DNA of 64,000 nt from Octopus vulgaris (taxonomy: Eukaryota): positions 52,762,001 through 52,826,000 of the forward strand of contig OX597832.1 in assembly GCA_951406725.2 (NCBI GenBank), given 5' to 3'. The stretch's first letter is position 1; each line of letters starts with the position of its first letter. Under the pieces are notes generated by a model. The model made no database searches, was not told the DNA's origin, and was given only the letters and a program-made list of their open reading frames with translations. This document shows positions 11,941 through 25,041 of the stretch, one piece after another. The translations under genes and the position numbers were made by a program.

Positions 11941-13595
11941 TTAACTTAACAGTATTGGTATGGTAGAAAAATGGGAGGAAAACGGGTGGGAAGGAAGGAA
12001 TATTTGTTTTAAGTAGATTACAGAAATTGTTGATATATTATATCATATTGGAAGAATATAACTTGCAACTGGTCGACCATACTGTGAGATATTTTCATGC
12101 GCATTTCACCTGGAATGAAATGAAGTCGGTGGAGGGAATATTTTTGCGCTGGGATTTCGAACATTGTATAAAGTTCAAGCCTGAACCTGTGGCTACTGTG
12201 TGAGACACACGGTAGCAAATGACTGAACTGAACATTATAAGCAAAGAGATATATAGAGCTATTTGCGTGGCTGGGGAGGAGGGCCGAGCGTGGTTGAACA
12301 ACGGGAAGAACGGTTTCGAAATGTAGCTGACGAGAAAGGAAATTGAGAAGAAGCCATACCTGGGCAACATGTAAAAATATTAAATCCAATTTAATCCAAA
12401 AGCATCGAAGCTGACAGCATCACGAAAAGTCGGGGAATACCTCCATGTCACGTGCCCTGGCCAACAGCGCCACCTGATCCCTGGAGAGAACGACTCCCTT
12501 CCAAGGGAGATTACTCCAAAGTTAAATTCGACAGAGTTACCTCAGACAAACAATCCAAACTGACGTTGCTTAACGTTGTTGGTCGAATAATAAAACTTGT
12601 GGGAAGAAAATACAAGTGACGTTATTCTAAATATTTATTTCTTTATTGCCCACAAGGGGCTAAACATAGAGCGGACAAACAGATTAAGTCGATTATATCG
12701 ACCTCAGTGCGTAACTGGTACTTGATTTAATCGACCCCGAAAGGATGAAAGGCAAAGTCGACCTCGGCGGAATTTGAACTCAGAACGTAACGGCAGACGA
12801 AATACCACTAAGCATTTCACCTGGCGTGCCATTGTTTCTTATTTCTTTATTGCCTACAAAGGGCTAAACATAGAGGGGACAAACAAGGTCAGACAAAGGG
12901 ATTAAGTCGGTAACATCGACCCTAGTGCGTAACAGGTACTTATTTTACCCTGATTTAATTGACCCCGAAAGGATGAAAGGCAAAGTCGACCTCGGCGGAA
13001 TTTGAACTCAGAACGTAACGGCAGACGAAATACCGCTAAGCACTTCGCCCGTAATGCTAACGATTCTACCAGCTCGCCAATGACATAGGTGCTCACAGTA
13101 AAAGTATCATTTTCCAATGTTTAATCTTATGCTTGAAGTGTATACGTACAGTCCTTTCTACTATAGGCACAAGGCTTGAAGTTTTTAGGAAGAGGGTTAG
13201 AGGATTATATCGACCCTGAAAGTATAAAAGGCAAAGTCTATCTTGGCGGAATTTGAACTCAGAATCTAAAGCCAGAAAAGAAATGCCATTAAGCATTTCG
13301 TTTGACTTGCTAATGATTCTGCCCCCTCGCAGTCTTCGTAGTAATCACAATATTTACCTCTATATTACTTATCAATAAATATTTATCTCTACATGGCTTT
13401 TCGATCAGTTTAGTCTCTGACGGTCATCAGGTGTCTTTATTCCTCCTAGAAATATACACAGACTCGGACTCGATTCGAATTAGGAACTTCTGTTCTAATC
13501 TGTAGTATAAATGTAAATATTACGAATATTGGCCCGAAAGATGATGTTGATCACCTGGAAAATTATAATCGTATTTTAATAGTAGTTTCTTTTTT

Positions 13596-13599
<4 letters not shown>

Positions 13600-13658
<59 letters not shown>

Positions 13659-13825
13659 TTCATTATTATTATTATTATTCATCCTTTCGGGGTCGATAAA
13701 TTAAGTACCAGTTACGCTCTGGGGTCAATGTAATCGACTTAATCCATTTGTCAGTCCCCCTCTATGTTTAGCTCCTTGAGGGCAATAAAGAAATAAAAAT
13801 TATTATTATTATTATTATTATTATT

Positions 13826-13881
<56 letters not shown>

Positions 13882-13885
13882 CATC
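13600..13885. repeat. (ATT)n microsatellites flanking a SINE fragment
   Basis: Long ATT runs at 13600-13679 and 13799-13881. Confidence 0.9.
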
Positions 13886-15184
13886 ATTAATATTGGCTTG
13901 ACGATGAAGGCAGACTCGTTAGCACAACGGGAGGAAAATACTTAACTGCATTTCATCCGTCTTTACGTTCTGAGTTCAAAATCCAATAAAATAAGTACCA
14001 GTTGAACACTAGGGGTCAAAGTGAGCGACTTAAACCCTCTCCCAGCTTGCTGGCTTTGTGCCAAAATTTGAAACCATTATTACTGGTGTGACGATGTAGC
14101 AATAAAAAATAGCAACAAAGTTTAAAATAAGCAAAAATTATATGATAAAAGTAAATCTTGAGAAAATCAATTAGCATGTTAACTATTAGATGTATCCTTA
14201 TCTTTCATCCTAATATCTTTTTCAGGGGATTATAAATAATCTTTGCCATAAATCCGTTTATATTTTTAAGTCTCATACCTGATGTGATGGTTATTTAATT
14301 TTCTGCCTAAGGAGATAAAACAAAAGATATTTGAATGAAAGCTGAAGTTGTTTACAAAGACAAAAGAACAAAAAATACATGAATTTTAAACAAAGACTAT
14401 TATACAAAAGTATTATGCAGCAACAGAAAACACCAGAACAGTGTTAAGTAATTTTTTAACACAATACCATCATAAATATAACAACATCTGCATGGGAGAA
14501 ATTTAAAATTTCATTGGCTGACGTGGCTATGGGGTTAAGAAGCATGCATCCCAGGCATATGGTCTTGACTGAACTCGTTGAGTCGTCACCGACTGATTTT
14601 TGCTTGGGGTATTCTTGCTTTTATAACTATCCAGAAGGATAGACATATTGAGAACAATAGATTTAGTTGGTGGTCATGTTATGAGAACAAGAATGGAAGG
14701 TTCTGTGACAGGGTCCTTCGTCTCCGGCCCTGGTTTGCTATCTTACTTCAAACACCATCTGAAGAGCAAGATGGGGTTGGAGAGGAGGACCCTACCACTG
14801 AGTGAATATGAGCAACGATGGAAGGATGTGTCTCCGAAGGAATTTAGCTGTTATTTTTAGCAGGTTGAGTGGCCACAGAGAAGCGCTCTCATTAATGCTG
14901 TGCCAATTTATTTAGTATGTTATATAGTAACTAGCTGGCCCCGTGCCATAAAAAATTACTGCTAATTGTAGTATTTTATATATAAATACGGATGGTAAAT
15001 CAAATTAATACACTTATCAATGTTAGCTAGTAGTTGTCTATTGAGATGTGACATTGATCATCGTTTGTTACAGAAAGAATGCTGGTCCACACATACAGAC
15101 ATTCACATACCTCCCTTTTACATATACACATATATACTCACACTAACAGTTTGCCATCACCCCTTCCTTTCCTTTCTCGTTTAT

Positions 15185-15582
15185 AGGCGCAGGAGTGGCT
15201 GTGTGGTAAGTATAGGCGTAGGAGTGGCTGTGTGGTAAGTAGCTTGCTTACCAAATACATGGTTCTAGGTTCAGTCCCAGTGCGTGGCACCTTGGGCAAG
15301 TGTCTTCTACTATACCCTCGGGCCAACCAAAGCCTTATGAGTGGATTTGGTAGACGGAAACTGGAAGAAGCCCGTCGTATATATGTAGCGCGTGTGTATA
15401 TGTTTGTGTATCTGTGTTTGTGTCCGCCAACATCGCTTGACAACCGTAACTTAGCGGTTCGGCAAAAGAGGCCAATAGAATAAGTACTAGGCTTACAAAG
15501 AATAAGTCCTGGAGTTGATTTGCTCAACTAAAGGTGGTGCTCCAGCATGGCCACAGTCAAATGACTGAAACAAATAAAAGAG
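15185..15582 (+). mobile_element. SINE family A copy with duplicated head
   Basis: A/B-box-like head (tggctgtgtgg, gttcagtccc), family-A body and tail. Confidence 0.85.
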
Positions 15583-15799
15583 TATGTGTTGTGATGGAGA
15601 AAAACACAAGAGTATTATTATAGTAGATAATTATGTAAAGTACTAAAATGCTTTATATTATCAACATTTGTGATTTTATAAACAATTGTAGCAAATCCTA
15701 CCAATGATTTTTCAACTTTGACTTTCCTAAACATTGAAAAATAGAGAAGTTCAGTAAAATACCAAAACATTATAGAATTTTTAATTTAATTTTTTGGCT

Positions 15800-16370
15800 C
15801 AAAAAGCAAAAGCAAGGCCATGTAGGGGGACAGGGAGTTATGTACAGGGAGGGTGGTCATACAAAGAGTTCAGGCCATTTCTGGTCAAGAGAGACTTCGA
15901 ACCGAGCAGTCGTCGGCATCTTCACTATCTCATCCGGCAGCTTATTCCATGGATCCGCAACCCAGACGGAGAAAGCCCCTCTCCTTCGATTGAGATGAAA
16001 TCGTTGTAGATAGAGCTTTTCAGAGTGACCCCGCAGCCCACGCTCTGGAGCAGGAGTGAAGAACAGCTCTTTCAAGAGGTTACACTTTCCGCTTATGATG
16101 TTGTGAGCGAGAATGAGATCACCACGGTGGCGCGTTTTTCTAGAGCATAAAGATCGAACATCTTCAGCCTTTCTTCATAAGAAAAATGCTTGAGACCAAG
16201 AACCATGCGGGTAGCCAGCTTCTGGACTCTTTTGAGATGATGTATGTCTTTGAGGAGATAAGGAGAAGAGGCTTGAATCCCATACTCCAATATGGGTCTC
16301 ACTAGCGTGACATAGAGCGGTAGGAATATGGCTGCTGTGAGCATTCTGAATGACCGTCGAATCAAAATCA
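15800..16370 (-). mobile_element. CR1-clade LINE 3' end (RT C-terminus)
   Basis: LYVTLVRPILEYG...LKRVQKLATRMV...SYEERL and LRGHSEKL...FSVWVADPWNKLP; frameshifted. Confidence 0.85.
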
Positions 16371-17436
16371 CAATATTTCTATATTATTCTTTAAGGCAGT
16401 AAGCTGGCAACATCATTATCCTGCTTGGTAAAACAGTGTGTGGCATTCATTTAGGATCTTTATGTTCCTAGTTCAAATGCCATCAAGGTCAACTTTGCCT
16501 TTTATTCTTTCAGGGTCGATAAAAACTAGCTGAGCACTGGTGTTGATGTAATTGATTGCTCCCTCTGCACAAAATTGCTGGCCTTGTGTAAAAATAAGAA
16601 AAAATTATATAAATCCTTTTATATAGTCTGAGAGCTTACAACTTATTTTTGTCATGGTGAAACAAGAGCACTCAGAGAGTGCAAACCTCCACCAAGGCAA
16701 CACTAATGTCCTCTCAATGATTAGCCAGAGATGATTTTTAAATTGAGAATATCTGTAATAAACTTGACTGCTCTCACAAACGAGAATACTAAAAATGAAC
16801 CTGACTGCTCTCAGAAATTAAGTAGAAAAACAGGAAAAATAATCCAGAATCCTTGTCTGATACCAGATTGATCCCAAAATCTAATCAGTTCATGCCAATC
16901 ATGAGGCCAAACATCCCTGAAAGTTTCATCCGAATCTATCCTGTGGTTCTTGAGATATCTTGTCCACAGACAAACAAACAAACACGACTGAAAACAATAC
17001 TTCCACTTTCGCTAAGGCGAAGATAATAAATAGAAAAATAAATTCATGATTAAATATATTTTTTAAATGTTCTTAGATATTCTTTTTAAATAATTCAAAA
17101 CCTAGAACTTCTTTTGGAATGTCCTGGCAGAGGAGCTCCAGTCAGTTTTGTTTTTTTTTGTTTTTTTGTCTTCATAAGTAGGTTCTGTGGTGTAAAGGTG
17201 AGCATTCTGGAGGGAACCTGAACCCAGCAATCTGAGTTGAAGTCTCAGTAAAACCTTAACCAACTTACACTTTGTATAGGCACAGGCCTTTGTGGTTAAG
17301 CAGCTTGCTTTGCAACCAAATGGTTTCACATTTAGTCCCACTGCATGGCACCTTGAGTAAGTGTCTGCTACTATAACCCTAGGCCAACCAATACTTTTTG
17401 AGTAGATTTGATTGATAGAAACTGAGTTTGTGCAAT

Positions 17437-17485
<49 letters not shown>

Positions 17486-18304
17486 AACAAGAATGTAACA
17501 GGTGACAACAAAACATCTAGACAGTTAGATGATACAAAGAAGGACAGGAAAAAACAAGGAGTGGTCATTCGGAGCCTTCTATCATCAGTCGAGTTCCAGA
17601 TTGTCCCTGCAGTTTCAGCCGATTACATTCAAGACTGCTATATATATATACTGACAATCTGCTCATTTGCTCGTTTCTGTACTACTAATACATGTGTACA
17701 TATTCATCCAATACATTGGAATAAATAGACATACTGGAATGTTTACTGGCTGATGTCTGTCGATTTTGTATCCTCTCCACTTTCTTATTTGCCACATAAA
17801 TCAAGGGTAAACCACTTTTTACCCCTGCCCATATATAACACTCAATTGTGAGCTTGCCATGCAAAACAGGCACTTGGGTAAAAATAAGTGGGTACACTAC
17901 CAGCAATATATTGGATAGGTACTATCCCTTAGTTGGTTTCTCAACCTCTAACTCACACACACACATATATATATATAAAGAAAAGAAAATGGAGATTAGG
18001 AAGTTAATAATTGTTTATTATGAACAGCAAATTGGTCGTCTTCACTTACAGCCATTTCAATTGATACTCAATAATCATTAAATTTTCATCAATGTGACAT
18101 GAGCGCAATATTATCAGAGGAAAAAAGATGGACATATGGATGTTATCTGTGTGCTTATGAATTCATTTTAGCAGACTCAATGTAGATTTAATGATTATTG
18201 AACATTAATCGAAACAGCTGTAAGTGAAGAAGACCAATTTGCTGTTAATAATAAGCAATCATTAACTTCCTAGTCTCCATTCTCTTTTCTTCTTTTAAAT
18301 CGCC

Positions 18305-18570
18305 GCCCCGAGTGGCCTCCGTGCTGGTGGCACGTAAAAAGCACCAACCAATCGTGGCCGTTGCCAGCCCCGTCTGGCACCTGTGCCGGTGGCACGTAAA
18401 AAGCACCCACTACACTCACGGAGTGGTTGGCATTAGAAAGGGCATCCAGCCGTAGAAACACTGCCAGATCAGACTGGAGCCTGGTTCAGTCTTCTGGCTT
18501 CCCAGACCCCAGTTGAACCGTTCAACCCATGCTAGCATGGAAAGCGGATGCTAAATGATGATGATGATGA
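18305..18570 (+). mobile_element. Retroposon family C with (GAT)n tail
   Basis: gttggcgttaggaagggcatccagc...catgctagcatggaaagcggacg...gatgatgat pattern. Copies near 24472, 25246, 25545, 31422, 49198, 53629, 56236, 62300. Confidence 0.8.
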
Positions 18571-18719
18571 TAAACTATGTTTTTATATATATCTATTATT
18601 TTAAGGAAATTCATTCCCCCAAAATATTTCCTTGTATGAAATCATCCCTTCATGAGGTTTATACATCCTTTAATTAAATTTATATATATATATATATATA
18701 TAAATTTAGAGAATGCTAA

Positions 18720-18876
18720 TTACGGCCGGTTCATAGGGTTACCCAGGGTTTTGTGTCCATAAAGCCTTAGCTTTACATACGACTCGTCAGACCCCAATTG
18801 TCGGTGGCCTATAACCACCGAACCAACGGTTATTAGGGTCTGATGAGGTGTGGGTAACCCTGTGAACCGGTCATAA
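18720..18876. mobile_element. Short fold-back MITE, Harbinger/Tourist-like
   Basis: ttacggccggttcatagggttaccca / tgggtaaccctgtgaaccggtcataa, TTA/TAA ends, nested internal hairpins. Confidence 0.6.
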
Positions 18877-19142
18877 CTGTCATTCTTTTATTATTTACTG
18901 ACGATCCTCTGTGTGTGTGTTTGTATGGGGGGTGGTGTATGGGTGTGTGTGTAATGGTGTTGTGCTTACACAAACATGCTACACCGTTCAACTAATTGAT
19001 GTTTATTCACGAACATACTTCAACCATTATCTCAGAGACACGCCGTTCCTTTTTTTTTTTTTTTATTCAGTTTATTTAATCAGTGACGTAAATACGAACG
19101 AGCGTTATCAACCAATGAAACTTTTTTTTTTTTTTCTCTCCA

Positions 19143-19319
19143 TATCTCATTTCCCAAACACTGAACTAAACGCTGATCTGACCACCAACCCATTTCACTC
19201 TATGCAACCAGCTGAAATCCTACGCACACCTTTCAGCGTATCTCATTTCCCAAATACTAAACAAAAACGCTGATCTGACCATTGATCCTTCTTTCCACGC
19301 TATACAACCAGCTGAAATC
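19143..19319. repeat. Diverged tandem duplication, unit about 96 bp
   Basis: tatctcatttcccaaa...aaacgctgatctgacca...caaccagctgaaatc twice. Confidence 0.8.
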
Positions 19320-19759
19320 TTCCACCCACCCCTTCGTCCTCCTGATATCACCCACATTTGAAAGGAAGAACTAATAGAAGTTACGGTCTCTGTCCTGCTT
19401 TCTTTAACAAACTTACTTAAAATGGAGTTTTTCGTTCATTCAAAAACTTCCAAATGTATCTTAGAGAGATAGAATCTAATCTTAAACATCACGTCCAACC
19501 TTCAGTGTTGTAAATTCAGCTCCCAAAATGAACCGATTATCTCCTTTTTACTCAAAGACTTTTGAAAAATAAAAATAAAACAATATTACTTTTTTTTTTC
19601 TTTTGCTACAAGCCATCTCCCACAACAGTTAAAATATAATAACTTGATGTATATTTTCTTGTTTTCCCATATCTAAGCAATATCACTATCGGTAGAAATT
19701 TTTCAATTTACGCAGAATATTTCCCGTTTATTCCATTTGTATTCACCGTATATTCTGTA

Positions 19760-20445
19760 GACGATCGTGGAATTTTTCTTCCGCTTCTTTCAATAAAAAA
19801 TATTGTGACATTTGTCGCGAAAAGAGTCGTTTTGATTCCAAAATTTATGCATTTGTCGTTTCCGAGAGGTGCATTTTATTATCAACAAACGAAATGGAAA
19901 GTCTGATACTCGAATATGTCATAATTCTTTCATCTTATTTTACAGGAATAGAGCAGAACACGTCTGTAGAGAACCATTATATTATCTATTGACATTAATA
20001 GCAAAGCAATTGGATTTTGAACAGTATTAAACAGCCAGGAAATGTTTCGTTGGGAAACGCAGTATTTTATTTCATGTTATTGATTTTCGAGATATTCTTT
20101 AAAAAATTCGGGTTCTAAATATATAAGGTAAAAAAAAATTTACAGATCTGTTGAAAAAAAATGCCTACGTAAACAGAGAAACAGTAAAAAGAATTAAAAG
20201 TGAAGATCTTTGACAGAAAGTGAAATGGTAAACAAACAAGATGGAGAGAGAGAGAGAAAGAGAAAGAGAAGAGAATGTGAAAGAGGGGGGGGTCAGATAA
20301 AGAGAAAGAGAGAGAAACATAGAATAGAGAACGAGAGAGAGAGAGAGAAAGAGACATAAAGAGCGAGCAAGAAGAGGGAGATAAATAAGAATAGGCAGGG
20401 GACCATTATTCCCTTTATCTTAAAAGAGTTCCATTAGAATGCACA
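19760..20445 (+). promoter_or_regulatory. Probable CCNC promoter / 5' UTR region
   Basis: Transposon-free and locally CpG-retaining; E2F-like TTTTCGCG on - strand at 19816-19823; GA-rich tract before the ATG. The TSS cannot be placed. Confidence 0.35.
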
Positions 20446-20477
20446 ATGGCCGGTAATTTCTGGCAAAGTTCTCATTA
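20446..20477 (+). CDS. CCNC: Cyclin C exon 1 ([10 protein letters not shown])
   Basis: ATG in acaATGG context; donor TA|gtaagt. Confidence 0.95.
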
Positions 20478-23400
20478 GTAAGTATACCCTTACATTTTTT
20501 GCCTTCATCTGTAATTAATGTTTTTTTTTTTATCTTTTGTAGGTAGCTCTCTATGTACCTTCTCATATGTCCATACTGCTAATATATATATTTATATCTA
20601 TGGATATAATCGGCTTCGTTAATTCGCAAGCCGACGCTATATATGTCAATTTGGTCTGCTTATAACATATGTGTACCCCGCTCTCACACATGTGTGTGTG
20701 TATATATATCCACCCATACATATATACATTACATACATATAACGCGTGTGAATTTATGTGTGCGTGCTTGTAATAAACACATACACATACATACACGCAT
20801 ACATGTGTCTAATATGTATGTGTGTGTGAAAAAAATCGTCTTCCTTTTGACGTCTACTTACTTTCCTGTGCTTGCATGGGCCATACGGAAACTGGAGTAG
20901 ATTTTCTACAGACAGATGCTCTTCATGTCGCCAACCCTCTCCTGTTACTAGGCAAGGCGTTATTTCCCCATAGCCTAACATATTTTCATGGCGGTTGGGG
21001 AAAAGAACGACACCGGTTATATGGTGACGCTTGTTTACTGCTATCAAGCGATGTCAAGACAAGCAGACAAAACACGCAGGCACAAAAGCATATCGGTTAT
21101 GACAGTTCTCCTGCGTTCAGTCTGTCCCTGTGAAGCGTTCCCCACAACTCATCTCCCTTCCCCCGCCTCTATTATTCTATTAATTGTTTTCTTTACTACC
21201 CACAAGGGGCTAAACATAGAGGGGACAAACAAGGACAGACAAAGGGATTAAGTTGATTACATCGACCCCAGTGCGTAATTGGTACTTAATTTATCGACCC
21301 CGAAAGGATGAAAGGTAAAGTCGACCTCGACGGAATTTGAACTCAGAACGTAACGGCAGACGAAATACGGCTACGCATTTCGCCCGGCGTGCTAACGATT
21401 CTGCCAGCTCGCCGCCCTCTCTGTTATTCTATTAATTACTGCACCATGCCTCTCCTTGGAAACACCTCCTTTTGGGTACTACTTAAATGCAGAGGTTCCG
21501 ACGCATCTATGTAACCCTGACCCTAACACTAAGTCTTAACCCTAACCCTACCGAGTGTGCGCTGTAACATCGTTACGTAGATGCATTGGGTCCTCTGTAT
21601 TTAAGTTGTGTCCTCTTTTGTCACTCATCTTGCATTCTCAGTGTCCTCTTTTTATTTTCCACTGAATGAACCTTTCCTATGAATACTGTCATTGATGCCC
21701 CCACCCCCATCTTTGTTCGTCACTTACTGTATCCGCCCTTACGTGTCTCTGTCACGGTTCATCGCTTTCTCCCCCTCCCCATACATTTCACCATCTCCCT
21801 ACGATTTTACTATACTGTTGCTCTCCTCCCACACCTTTTTTGTACTACCACTTAGCTTCTCACCCACCCATTCCTATTTTATTTACCTTTACCCCTAGAC
21901 TGCCATTCACCAATGACTACACCCCCCTCCGTGTTCACCATTCACTGCATTCACCTTTGTTCTCATCTTTAACCATCTGTTACTCACTGTACTCTGTTTA
22001 ACACTTTTGTAAACTTACCCACTGACCTTTCTGTTTTTAGGTTCTGTTTTTGTCATCTTCAGGCAGCTAGATTAATTGCATAATGTGATAATTTTATTAC
22101 AGCTTGTAAATTTTTTTGAAAGGCCTACTTTATTCTACACTGTTTTTATCCTGTGAAACTTTGAATGAATTTTATACTTGTTAGTTTCCTCCTGCTGTTT
22201 TTATATTCAATTCTAATTGTTTACATTTTTTTCCTTATTAGCCAGCAGTGGCTGCTGGACCGACAAGACATCCTCAGAGAAAGGCAAGCTGATCTGAAAG
22301 TCCTCAGTGAAGATGAATATCAGAAAATCATGGTTTTTTACTCAAATTGTGAGTTTTGTGAGAAAACTTAATGCTTATTGCATGGTAAAACCTATTTATT
22401 CTTTCTTTAGAATAAGTCTTGCTCATTTTGGCACAAAGGCAGCAGTTGGGGGGAAGGGAAGGGATAGGTCAATTACATCTACCCCAGTACTCAACTTGTG
22501 TTTTATGTTATAAACCCTGAATGGATGAAAGGCAAAGTTGATCTTGGCAAGATTTGAACTTAGGTGTTGTAACTTTAAAATATTTATATTAGGCCAAGAA
22601 CAACAGCTCTTCTGTATGCTTTCAATCCATTTATCCTCATCAGGTATTGCTTACAGTTGTAATTTTAAATAGTTTCCTTATAAATCATTTACAAGATGTT
22701 TCCCACACTTTTTGTACTGGTTTGAAAAGCCAGATCTGTTGAAAGCATCTCTATATATATAAACGGCAAAATGTCTGCGTGTGTGTCTTTTATACAAATC
22801 CACAATTTTTCAGTTAGAGGGCTCGCACTTTCTATGGTCATTCAAAACCGTCCAAGGGTGGTCGTACACATCTTTACATTTCCCCAGTCACTCCGCAAAG
22901 CCATTAAAAAATCAATGGAAGTGACTTTTTTGTGAATTCTCTATTCAAAACCCAATCAAAATGCCCGAAACTTGATATGCCAATTGAATGCCAGCTAGCT
23001 GTATGTGATTGGTCGGAGATTTGGACAGTACTCGCGTGTATGTGCGCACGCATGCAGCTGTATATGCATGCACTAGCATTATGACTCGGCGTTGCCGGGT
23101 CATAGTGCTGGTTGGTAATATTTGGAAACTATATTAGTATATTTATGTGTTGGGTGGTGTGTGTGTGTAGCCTAGTGGTTAGATTGTTGCACTCACAACT
23201 GCAAGATTGTGATTTCAATTTCGAGACCAGACAATGTTGTGAGTAAAACACTTCATTTCATTGTTCAGTCTACTCAGCATCTCATTCAGGGGAAATTTTA
23301 TGATCCCAGTCACTTATGACTGGCCCTCTTGAGCCATGGGATTCAATACAGCACTCACTTATGTTTTGCTGCTTAATGATGCATAATAAGTATTAAAAAA

Positions 23401-24763
23401 ATGTGAGCTGGTGGTTGTTGATCCTATAAAAATTGTTGTGAAATTATTAAATCATGTTTGTTTTGTTTAACCCTTTTGATACCAACCTACCTGAAACTGC
23501 CCTTGCTTCTATGATGCAAATTTTGTTTTAGAGTCACCATCATTAGCGTAGGAGTGGCTGTGTGGTAAGTAGCTTGCTTACCAACCACATGGTTCCGGGT
23601 TCAGTCCCACTGCGTGGCACCTTGGGCAACTGTCTTCTACTATAGCCTTCGGCCAACCAAAGCCTTGTGAGTGGATTTGGTAGACGGAAACTGAAAGAAG
23701 CCTGTCGTATATATGTGTGTCTGTGTTTGTCCCCCCAACATCACTTGACAACCAATGCTGGTGTGTTTATGTCTCCGTAACTTAGCGGTTCGGCAAAAGA
23801 GACTGATAGAATAAGTATTAGGCTTACAATGAATAAGTCCTGGGGTTCATTTGCTCAACTAAAGGTGGTGCTCCAGCATGGCCACAGTCAAATGACTGAC
23901 ACAAATAAAAGAGTATCATTGTTTAATGTCCTCCTTCCATGCTGGCATGGGTTGGATAGTTTGACAGGAGCTAGCCAGGCAGAAGACTGCACCATACTTC
24001 TGTGTCTGTTTTGGCGTGGTTTATACAGCTGGATGCCCTTCCTAACACCAACCACCACACACAGTTGGCCAAGCGCTTTTTACGTGGCACCAGAACAGGC
24101 AAGGTCAGTTTTGGCATGGATTTTACAGCTGGATGCCCTTCCAAATGCCAGCCACTGTACAGTGTGGACTGGTTGCTTTTTAAGTGGCACTAGCACTTAC
24201 AGGGTCACCAATAACTTCCCAAAACAAAGAATCTGAATGAAAATATTCCTTTAAAATTTCATGTTAATTTTATACTCCAAACATCAGCTTTATAATGACG
24301 GTTGTCTTATTGAAAAGTTTTGAGATGACACCTCTTGCAACTGTGTTTCTTACAACCATTTTTTGGTCATGTTGGTTTGTCTAGTTTTGGGACAGACTTC
24401 TAAAAAGATTCTAGTGTTTTCTCTTCAAGCAATATGTTGTGAAAGATTTTAATTTTTTAAACTTTTTTACTCATCATCATCATCATCATCGTTTAACGTC
24501 CGCTTTCCATGCTAGCATGGGTTGGACGATTTGACTGAGGACTGGCAAACCAGATGGCTGCACCGGGCTTCAATCTTGATCTGGCAGAGTTTCTACAGCT
24601 GGATGCCCTTCCTAACGCCAACCACTCCAAGAGTGTAGTGGGTGCTTTTATGTGCCACTGGCACGGGGCCAGTCTGGTGGTACTGGCAACAACCTCGCAC
24701 GAATCTTTTACACATGCCACCGGCATAGGTGCCAGTAAGGCAATGCTGGTAACGATCACTGCT

Positions 24764-24800
<37 letters not shown>

Positions 24801-25001
24801 GATATTTTTATAGATATGTATTTTTTTAAGCCTGGTACTTATTCTATCAGTCTCTTTTGCTGAACCAAATGTTCTGGAGCTGTGAACACACCAGCACCAG
24901 TGGAGGGGGGAACACACAAATATATACATATATGTATGTATATATATATATATAGCGGCGTATGTGCACTTTGTTCTCTTATATGTAAATATACATATAT
25001 A

Positions 25002-25041
<40 letters not shown>

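Noticed and set aside
18837-18876. CTGATGAG hammerhead-like motif
   Set aside because: Followed by GAAC rather than GAAA and fully explained as an arm of the fold-back MITE.
21515-21550. ccctaa units as interstitial telomere
   Set aside because: Only a few imperfect units, internal to a MITE.
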